Positions 56,714 to 64,000 of a stretch of 64,000 nt of DNA are shown here, piece by piece. A program made the position numbers and the translations under genes. This stretch comes from an uncultured Acidobacteriota bacterium. GTDB lineage: Bacteria; Acidobacteriota; Terriglobia; Acidiferrales; UBA7541. The stretch covers positions 111,442 to 175,441 of the forward strand of contig CAVRLD010000002.1 of assembly GCA_963721915.1 (NCBI GenBank). The letters run 5' to 3'. The notes under the pieces are model-generated. The model had not been told where the DNA came from. It searched no databases and saw only the letters and a list, made by a program, of their open reading frames with translations. Positions within the stretch are counted from its first letter, which is position 1; every line of letters starts with the position of its first letter.

Positions 56714-58525
56714 TTACTCTTCGTCGCCGGTGGAGGTGACTTTGAGGACGGCGAGGAAGGCTTCCTGGGGTATGTCGACCTGGCCTACGCGCTTCATGCG
56801 CTTCTTGCCTTCTTTTTGTTTCTCGAGGAGTTTGCGTTTGCGCGAGATGTCGCCGCCGTAGCACTTGGCGAGCACGTTTTTGCGGATTGCCGCGACCGTT
56901 TCGCGCGCGATCACGCGGCTTCCGATGGCCGCCTGGATCGGCACCTCGAACATTTGACGCGGAATCAGTTTGCGCAGGCGATGTACTAACTCGCGTCCCC
57001 GTTCATAGGATTGCTCTCGATGACAGATCATCGACAACGCATCAACAGGCTCGCCGCCGACCAGCACATCCAGCTTGATCAAGTCCGATTCAACATAGCC
57101 AGCGAGATGGTAATCAAGCGAAGCATAGCCGCGTGACACGCTTTTGAGGCGATCGTAAAAATCGAGCACGATTTCATTCAGCGGGAGCTCGTAGGTAAGC
57201 ATCACGCGCGTGGGAGACAAATACTCGAAACCTTTCTGTGTCCCGCGCTTGTCCTGGCAAAGCTGGAGGATACCGCCGACGGATTCGTCGTTGGTGATGA
57301 TCATGGCCTTGATGATTGGCTCGGAGATTTTTTCGATGTCGCTGGGATTGGGAAATTTGGCGGGGCTGTCCACCTCGATCACTTCACCGGTGACACGCGT
57401 AATCTGATAACGCACGCTTGGCGCGGTGGTGATGAGGTTCAAACCGAACTCGCGCTCCAGGCGCTCTTGCACGATTTCCATGTGCAGGAGGCCCAAAAAT
57501 CCGCAGCGAAAACCAAAGCCCAGCGCGGCTGAATTTTCCGGTTCGTAAAAAAACGCTGCATCATTTAATTTCAATTTGCCGAGGGCGTCGCGCAGGGGCT
57601 CGTAGTCGTCGGCTAGCACGGGGAAGAGTCCCGCGAAAACCATGGGCTTGATTTCCTCAAAGCCTGGAAGCGCGGGGGCGGGACGGTCGGCCTCGGTGAG
57701 CGTGTCGCCCATGCGGGCGTCGGCGACGTTCTTAATGTTGGCCACAACGAATCCGACGTCGCCGGCTTCCAATTCGTCGAGCGCGATTGGCTTGGGCGTC
57801 AGAGTGCCCAGAGTTTCGACCTCATACACTTCGTTGCTATAGAGCAAACGGATCTTGGTGTGTTGGGTGATGCGGCCTTCCATCACGCGCACGAGAACCA
57901 CGGCGCCGCGGTAAATGTCGAACCAGGAATCGAAAATCAGCGCTTGAAGAGGGTTTTCGGCGCTGCCTTTCGGGGGCGGCACGCGCTTCACGATCGCTTC
58001 GAGGACGCCCTCTACACCCAAGCCGCTTTTCGCGCTGATCATCAAGGCATCTGACGCAGGAATGGCCAGCACGTTTTCGATTTGTTCTTTCACAAAGTCG
58101 GGCTGCGCGGCGGGAAGATCGATCTTGTTGATCACGGGAAGGATCGTGAGGTTATGTCCGGCGGCGAGGAAAGTGTTCGCGACAGTTTGCGCTTCCACGC
58201 CCTGGCTCGCATCAACGACCAGGAGCGCGCCCTCGCATGCCGACAGAGCGCGCGAAACTTCGTAGGAAAAATCGACGTGCCCCGGCGTGTCGATCAGGTT
58301 CAGGCGGTAGGTGTTTCCGTCCTTCGCTTTGTAGTGGAGGCGAATGCTTTTTGCTTTGATGGTGATGCCGCGCTCGCGCTCCAGGTCCATGGAATCGAGT
58401 ACTTGCTCGTGCATCTCGCGCTGCGTCAACGCTCCAGTCATTTCGAGCAAGCGGTCGGCCAGCGTGGATTTGCCGTGGTCAATATGCGCGATGATACAGA
58501 AATTACGTATGAACTTTGGATCCAT
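56714..58525 (-). CDS. lepA: Elongation factor 4
   Basis: [54 protein letters not shown]. Confidence 0.98.
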   Translation of the reverse strand: MDPKFIRNFCIIAHIDHGKSTLADRLLEMTGALTQREMHEQVLDSMDLERERGITIKAKSIRLHYKAKDGNTYRLNLIDTPGHVDFSYEVSRALSACEGALLVVDASQGVEAQTVANTFLAAGHNLTILPVINKIDLPAAQPDFVKEQIENVLAIPASDALMISAKSGLGVEGVLEAIVKRVPPPKGSAENPLQALIFDSWFDIYRGAVVLVRVMEGRITQHTKIRLLYSNEVYEVETLGTLTPKPIALDELEAGDVGFVVANIKNVADARMGDTLTEADRPAPALPGFEEIKPMVFAGLFPVLADDYEPLRDALGKLKLNDAAFFYEPENSAALGFGFRCGFLGLLHMEIVQERLEREFGLNLITTAPSVRYQITRVTGEVIEVDSPAKFPNPSDIEKISEPIIKAMIITNDESVGGILQLCQDKRGTQKGFEYLSPTRVMLTYELPLNEIVLDFYDRLKSVSRGYASLDYHLAGYVESDLIKLDVLVGGEPVDALSMICHREQSYERGRELVHRLRKLIPRQMFEVPIQAAIGSRVIARETVAAIRKNVLAKCYGGDISRKRKLLEKQKEGKKRMKRVGQVDIPQEAFLAVLKVTSTGDEE

Positions 58526-58620
58526 GAGTGTTCAGTACCGGCAGGAGCTTCCCACGCGCGAGACCTGCGCCGCACGCAGCGCAAAACCGCGCCGTGTAAT
58601 CATTCAGTTTGCCACAAGAC

Positions 58621-58660
58621 GAAGTAAAGAAGTAAGGGAGTAGGGAGGTAAAGAAAGTAG
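58621..58660 (+). repeat. Solo 8-mer array of the GAAGTAAA family
   Basis: gaagtaaa gaagtaag ggagtagg gaggtaaa gaaagtag. Confidence 0.65.
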
Positions 58661-58938
58661 CGAACGAGGAGGCGATGAGTCCAGGGAACGGGCGAGTGGA
58701 GATGCGCAGGGGATCACAGCCAGAAGGGCTGTGCCATGGAGCCTTGCCATTTCCGCACTGCTGTGCGGCGTGTGTTTTGCCCGGTTCCTTCCCGCGGTAT
58801 ATAGTTACAAAGGACAGGCAAAAAACGAGCGATTCGCATCTCGCGTAGAGTATGGCTCGTGTGCATTTCGCATCGAAACGGCACTCCCATAGGGAAGTCG
58901 GAAGCCCTTCGCAACTAGGGTAAAGGCAAGCCGCACGA

Positions 58939-61554
58939 ATGGCCGCAGACATCAGCAAACAACTGGACCGCGCCAAGCGCTTCCTCGAGAAGAACCGCGT
59001 CGAGGATGCTATTGAGGCGTATTTGGCGGTCATCGACGCGGCGCCGCAGCACCAGGAAGCGACGCAAGCTTTGGGCGACCTGTATGCGCGAATGGAGCAA
59101 CCGGACCGCGCGGCCGTTTACTACGGACTTTTATTCGATTTGCTGGTCGAGCCTCGCGACGAAATCAAAGCGCTGGCAATTTACAACCGCTTCCTGCGAC
59201 CCGCGGCGGGACAGCAGCCGCCCGAGCGCATCGCGCGTTACGCTTTCTTGCAGCAAAAACAAAACCGCTTCGATGAGGCAATCGAGCAATACAGCAGAGC
59301 CGCCGAAATCTTTAACGAGGCAGGCCGCGCTGAGGATGCGTTGTTTTGCTGGGAACGGACTGCGCAACTTGCTCCCGAAAACATTTCGCGCCAGCTTCGG
59401 CTGGCGGAAGCTGCCGAGCGCATCGGCAAAAATGCGCTTGCGGCCAGGGCGTTTCTACGGGCAGGGCAGCTGGCCTCTGCCAGCGGCGCGAAGGCAGAAG
59501 CTATACAATTTTTGGGCCGCGCGTACCAGCTCGCGCCGCAAGAACGCAGCGTGACGCTTTTATTCGCCGACGCCACGTTGAAATCGGGCGACGCCACGCG
59601 AGCGGCCGCGCTGCTGGAGCCTTTCGCGGCGACGGAAAAGGATGCCAGCTTTCTCGAAACCTATGCTGACGCACGTATGGCGTCCGGACAACTGGACCGC
59701 GCGCGCGAAGTTCTGGAAAGACTGCTGCGGGAAAAGAACGAGGGCATCACGCGACTCTTCGAGCTTTCGGATCTGTACGTCAATGCAGGGCAGGATGCGA
59801 AAGCGGTAGAAGTGCTGACCGCGCTCAAACGGCGCATGTTCGCCGACAAACGCCAGAACGATTTCGCCACGCAGATGGACAGCGTAGGGGCGAAACATCC
59901 GATATCGCAACCTATCGTGGAATTCTGGGCGGCGCTGTACAACGAATTGAACCGAGAATCGCAATACTTTGAAATTCTCATCAAGCTCTTTGATGTTTAC
60001 CTGAACAGTGGAAATGCCGCAAAGGCCGTTGAAACAATCGAAAAACTCATGGATATCGACCCCTACGACCATCGCAATCAGGAACGTATTCAACGCATGC
60101 GCGGCCACGTCGATGAAGGTTTCCTGAAGCGTATCGAGGCGAGGCTTGCCAAGTCCGGTACAGTAGGCGCGCCGAATGTCGCGCAGCCGCACGCATCGGG
60201 CTCCGAGGGGGGCAGCGCCGCGCAACCCGTAACGGAAGAGGGCCGCAAGATGCAGGCGCTGGAAGACCTGATCGTGCAGACGGAGATTTTCCTGCAGTAC
60301 TCGTTGCAAGCGAAGGCGCTGGAGCGGTTGCAGAAGATCGCCGCGATGTTTCCCGGGGAAGAGGAGCGTCATCCGCGGCTGCGAAACCTGTACCAGCTGG
60401 CGAATTGGTGGCCGCAAGGCGCGCCGCAAGCGAAAGCACCCGAGCCAACCGTGGTACCACCGTCACCTCATGCATCGAAGCAAGAACCCGTTGCGGAGCC
60501 ATCCAGCACTGGAATGACGGGGAGGACCGGGGTGTACACGGCCGAAACGCTGCGCGATCTTTCGAAGATTTCGGAGATCAACCAGAAGATATTTCGGCAG
60601 CAAACACCGCGAGCCATGCTCAACACTGCGGTCAATGAAGTAGGCGGTTATCTTCGTGCTGCGCGCGCACTCGCGGTGGTTGGGACGCCCGGCCGGCCAC
60701 CGGAGCTGGCAGCGGAGTACTGCGCGCAGGGCCTGCGCTCGGCACCCGGAGCGCAGGTGGTGTTCCTGCTCGCGCATATGGAAAAGGCGCAGCCCGATGA
60801 GCTTGGCGCTCTGATGGTGGATGCGACAGAAGGCTCGATCCTGAGCGAACTAGGCTTGGCCACCGCGCTGGGCGTCATCATCACCGACAAGGAAACGCAA
60901 GTTCCCGCGGGAATGTTGATCGTCGCGCACGCGGAGCCGCACAAATGGCGACCTAACGAGGCTTATTTTTTGCAAGCGATCGGCGATCAAATGCTGATGA
61001 GCGTAAGTCACACGCGGCTGCGATCTTTGGTGCGGCGCATGGGTGTGTCGGACGAACGCACGGGATTGCTGAGCCGCAGTTCGTATCAAAGCTGTTTGCT
61101 GACCGAAGCGGATCGAGCGCGAACGCAAGGAACGCCGCTGGCGCTGGCGATTTTGCAGATCGATCGCGGGGCGGAGATTTTGCGGCAGCACGGGGAATCA
61201 CCGGTCGAGCGTTTTCTAGAGCAACTGGCGAGATCGCTGCAGCCGATCGTACGGCAGAATGACGTGGCGGTAAAATATACGTCGTGGTCGCTGGCGTTCA
61301 TTTTGCCGGACACGACTTTGGCAGGGGCGCAGAATCTAGCGGACAAGTTGCGGCGCGCGGCTTCGGGCGTGCGGCCGCCTTGGGATTCGACGCAGATCAC
61401 TTTGAGCGCGGGAATCGTGGAAGCTATGGCGAAGGCTGACTATGAGAGCGAGGACATTGTCACGGACCTGATTAATCGCGCGGAGAATTCGGCGGAGGAA
61501 GCGCGGAAACAGGGTGGAGATACAATCGTGGCGCTGGAGAGCCCTAAAATCTGA
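58939..61554 (+). CDS. TPR + GAF + degenerate GGDEF domain protein
   Basis: N-terminal TPRs, GAF-like region, SDERTGLLSR...LALAILQID...RQNDVAVKYTSWSLAFILPDT. Confidence 0.8.
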   Translation: MAADISKQLDRAKRFLEKNRVEDAIEAYLAVIDAAPQHQEATQALGDLYARMEQPDRAAVYYGLLFDLLVEPRDEIKALAIYNRFLRPAAGQQPPERIARYAFLQQKQNRFDEAIEQYSRAAEIFNEAGRAEDALFCWERTAQLAPENISRQLRLAEAAERIGKNALAARAFLRAGQLASASGAKAEAIQFLGRAYQLAPQERSVTLLFADATLKSGDATRAAALLEPFAATEKDASFLETYADARMASGQLDRAREVLERLLREKNEGITRLFELSDLYVNAGQDAKAVEVLTALKRRMFADKRQNDFATQMDSVGAKHPISQPIVEFWAALYNELNRESQYFEILIKLFDVYLNSGNAAKAVETIEKLMDIDPYDHRNQERIQRMRGHVDEGFLKRIEARLAKSGTVGAPNVAQPHASGSEGGSAAQPVTEEGRKMQALEDLIVQTEIFLQYSLQAKALERLQKIAAMFPGEEERHPRLRNLYQLANWWPQGAPQAKAPEPTVVPPSPHASKQEPVAEPSSTGMTGRTGVYTAETLRDLSKISEINQKIFRQQTPRAMLNTAVNEVGGYLRAARALAVVGTPGRPPELAAEYCAQGLRSAPGAQVVFLLAHMEKAQPDELGALMVDATEGSILSELGLATALGVIITDKETQVPAGMLIVAHAEPHKWRPNEAYFLQAIGDQMLMSVSHTRLRSLVRRMGVSDERTGLLSRSSYQSCLLTEADRARTQGTPLALAILQIDRGAEILRQHGESPVERFLEQLARSLQPIVRQNDVAVKYTSWSLAFILPDTTLAGAQNLADKLRRAASGVRPPWDSTQITLSAGIVEAMAKADYESEDIVTDLINRAENSAEEARKQGGDTIVALESPKI

Positions 61555-61638
61555 AATTAGAGATTTGAGGTTAGAGGTTAGAAAGGCTAGAGGCCGGCTT
61601 TTGGATTTGGCTGTCGCTGGAAGGTTTGGGAGAAGAGA

Positions 61639-62829
61639 ATGTTTCCTACAGATGTCGTAATTGTTGCTGGAGCCCGCACGCCCATGGCGCGGTATACCGG
61701 GTCATTTTCGGAGGTGTCGGCGATTGATTTGGCGGCGCATGCGTCGAAGGAGGCGATTCGCAGGTCTGGCGTGGATCCTTCGGAATTTGATCACGCGATT
61801 TTTGGCAACGTGATGCAGACGAGCGCGGATGCGCTGTATGGCGCGCGACATGTTGGATTGAAAGCGGGGCTCAAGGTCGAGACACCCGCGGTCACCGTGA
61901 ATCGCTTGTGCGGGTCTGGGATCGAAGCCATTTCGCAGGCGGCTCATCGCCTGCTGCTTGGCGAAGCGGCCGTGATTCTTGCAGGCGGCATGGAGAACAT
62001 GACGCAGGCGCCATTTGTGATTCGGGGGGCACGCACCGGTCTTCGGCTGGGTGGCGGGGCGCTCGAGGATTCGTTGATGGCCGGGTTGACGGATTCGTAT
62101 TGCGGTTTGCCGATGGCGCTGACCGCGGAGAAACTTGCGGAGCAGCACGGGATCACTCGCAAAGACGCGGATGCTTACGCTTTGCGCAGCCAGCAATTGT
62201 CCGATGTGGCTTACAAGGCGTGCCGCATGAAGGAAGAGCTTGCGCCCGTGGAGGTGAAGCAGGGTAAGAAGACGATTGTGGTGAGCGAAGACGATCACCG
62301 TCGGCCGGAGACGACGATGGAGATTTTGGAAAAGCTGCCACCGTCGTTCAAGAAGGATGGGATCGTTACGGCGGGAAATGCCAGCGGGATCGTGGACGGA
62401 GCTGCGGCGGTGGTCGTTACGCGTGAGAAGACGGCGAAGGATCGTGGGCTGAAGCCGATTGGGCGCATCGTTTCCTGGGCGGTGGCGGGTGTGGATCCCA
62501 GCATCATGGGAATTGGACCGGTGCCGTCGTCGCAGAAAGCGCTGAAGCTGGCGGGGCTGACGCTTGAGCAGATGGATCGCGTTGAGGTGAATGAAGCGTT
62601 TGCGGCGCAGTACCTGGCGGTTGAGAAGGTTTTGGGATTGAATCGCGATAAGACTAACGTGAACGGCGGAGCTATTGCGCTCGGGCATCCTTTGGGCGCG
62701 ACCGGCACACGGCTCGTGATTACCCTTCTGAACGAGCTCCGGCGGAATAATTTGCGGTATGGATTGGCTACGGCTTGCATTGGCGGTGGGCAGGGAATCG
62801 CAATGGTGGTCGAGGCGCTGTACAATTAG
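61639..62829 (+). CDS. Acetyl-CoA C-acetyltransferase (thiolase)
   Basis: NRLCGSG, NEAFA, GHPLGATG, CIGGGQG. Confidence 0.95.
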   Translation: MFPTDVVIVAGARTPMARYTGSFSEVSAIDLAAHASKEAIRRSGVDPSEFDHAIFGNVMQTSADALYGARHVGLKAGLKVETPAVTVNRLCGSGIEAISQAAHRLLLGEAAVILAGGMENMTQAPFVIRGARTGLRLGGGALEDSLMAGLTDSYCGLPMALTAEKLAEQHGITRKDADAYALRSQQLSDVAYKACRMKEELAPVEVKQGKKTIVVSEDDHRRPETTMEILEKLPPSFKKDGIVTAGNASGIVDGAAAVVVTREKTAKDRGLKPIGRIVSWAVAGVDPSIMGIGPVPSSQKALKLAGLTLEQMDRVEVNEAFAAQYLAVEKVLGLNRDKTNVNGGAIALGHPLGATGTRLVITLLNELRRNNLRYGLATACIGGGQGIAMVVEALYN

Positions 62830-62943
62830 CTTCGCTTGCGGCCGGGAAGAATAAAGTTCACTCGATACAGAGAGGATTGCTGAAAAGGGGCACAGGGGTG
62901 CTGTGCCCCACAATGAGGCTGCGGTTGTTTTCACGAGGGATGA

Positions 62944-63825
62944 ATGGCGATTCAACGGGTAGGAGTTGTCGGGTGCGGGTTAATGGGTTCGGGGATCGCG
63001 CAGGTGGCTGCGCAGGCGGGATTTACGACCGTGGTGCGCGAAGTTGCGCCGGAACTCGTTGAGAAGGGGCTAAAGGGTATCGAGAAGAATCTTGCGCGGC
63101 TGGTGGAAAAGGGAAGGCTGACGGAGGCGCAAAGAGGTGAAGTCCGCGGACGATTGACGGGGACCACCGCGATTGAGGATTTGAGGGATTGCGACGTGGT
63201 TGTGGAAGCGATCATTGAGCAACTTCCGGCGAAGCGCGAACTTTTTGCCAAGCTGGATGCTTTGTGCCCGGCCTCGACCATTTTTGCGAGCAACACTTCT
63301 TCGCTGACGATCACGGAAATTGCAACGGCGACGAAGCGGCCGGATCGCTTTGTCGGGCTGCATTTTTTTAATCCGGTTCCGGTGCTGAAGCTGGTGGAAG
63401 TGGTGCGCACGATTGCGACCGATCCAGCGGTGTATGAAGAGATGGTGGCGTTCGGGGCGAAGCTGGGGAAAACACCTGTGCGGGCTCATGACAGCACCGG
63501 GTTTATCGTGAACCGGTTGCTTGTGCCTTATCTTCTCGATGCGATTCGGGCGCTGGAAGAAGGCGTCGGGTCGATTGAGGATATCGACAATTCGATGAGG
63601 CTTGGTTGCGGGCACCCTATGGGGCCGCTGACATTGCTGGATTTTGTTGGTTTGGATACGACCTATTACATTGCGAATATCATGTTCGATGAATTTCGCG
63701 AGAGGCGATTTGCGTCGCCGCCGTTGCTGAAGAGGATGGTGCTGGCCGGGTGGAACGGGCGGAAGGCTGGGCGGGGATTTTATGATTATTCCGATCCGGC
63801 GAAACCGAGGGCGATGAAATTTTAG
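62944..63825 (+). CDS. hbd: 3-hydroxybutyryl-CoA dehydrogenase
   Basis: GCGLMGSGIA, EAIIE, SNTSSL, HFFNPV, GFIVNRLL, HPMGP. Confidence 0.93.
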   Translation: MAIQRVGVVGCGLMGSGIAQVAAQAGFTTVVREVAPELVEKGLKGIEKNLARLVEKGRLTEAQRGEVRGRLTGTTAIEDLRDCDVVVEAIIEQLPAKRELFAKLDALCPASTIFASNTSSLTITEIATATKRPDRFVGLHFFNPVPVLKLVEVVRTIATDPAVYEEMVAFGAKLGKTPVRAHDSTGFIVNRLLVPYLLDAIRALEEGVGSIEDIDNSMRLGCGHPMGPLTLLDFVGLDTTYYIANIMFDEFRERRFASPPLLKRMVLAGWNGRKAGRGFYDYSDPAKPRAMKF

Positions 63826-63893
63826 ACCTTGCCGAGATGGGACGCAGCAGTGCTGCGCCCATACACTGTACGGGATTAGCGAGCGAGTCGAAT

Positions 63894-64000
63894 ATGGGAT
63901 TTGAAAATGTGCTTTACGAGAAGAGAGATGGGATCGGCTTCATCACCTTTAATCGACCGAAGGTGTTGAACGCGCTGAACCGCAGGACCGTGGAAGAGCT
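63894..64000 (+). CDS. Enoyl-CoA hydratase (partial, runs off the window)
   Basis: MGFENVLYEKRDGIGFITFNRPKVLNALN. Confidence 0.85.
   Translation, partial: MGFENVLYEKRDGIGFITFNRPKVLNALNRRTVEE

Noticed and set aside
58700-58938. c-di-GMP riboswitch upstream of the GGDEF-like gene
   Set aside because: Only a GGCAAA fragment; the paired GNRA/receptor architecture is not evident.

Overview
A GC-rich (about 60%) bacterial chromosomal segment, most likely Acidobacteriota (inferred from an ADOP-type duplicated ABC permease, gene order and intergenic repeat families). The backbone is housekeeping: ECF sigma/anti-sigma pair, purB, efp, Xaa-Pro peptidase, GT2, futalosine menaquinone genes (mqnE, UbiA-like, ubiX), larB, selA, purH, ispE-prs-rplY-pth-rpsF-rpsR-rplI-dnaB, trpD, sucCD-ndk, xseA, lepA, thiolase/hbd/crotonase. 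Accessory spots carry an IS110 element, frameshifted SRA-like-HNH and Mrr-like nucleases, VapBC, a four-helix-bundle gene and many REP/MITE-like repeats. The most notable non-standard signals: (1) two copies of a three-unit AGAATCCGCAC repeat element with identical 39/40-bp spacing, a shared G-rich tail and an upstream sigma70-like promoter; (2) a 95-bp repeat-rich insertion that truncates the ECF sigma factor and removes its ATGA coupling to the anti-sigma gene; (3) a 162-bp MITE with a TGAA target duplication inserted in a REP hairpin loop and itself carrying a REP doublet; (4) a four-helix-bundle gene bracketed by inverted 8-mer arrays; (5) gene-scale flips of G/C skew. All calls come from reading the sequence; no database searches were run.
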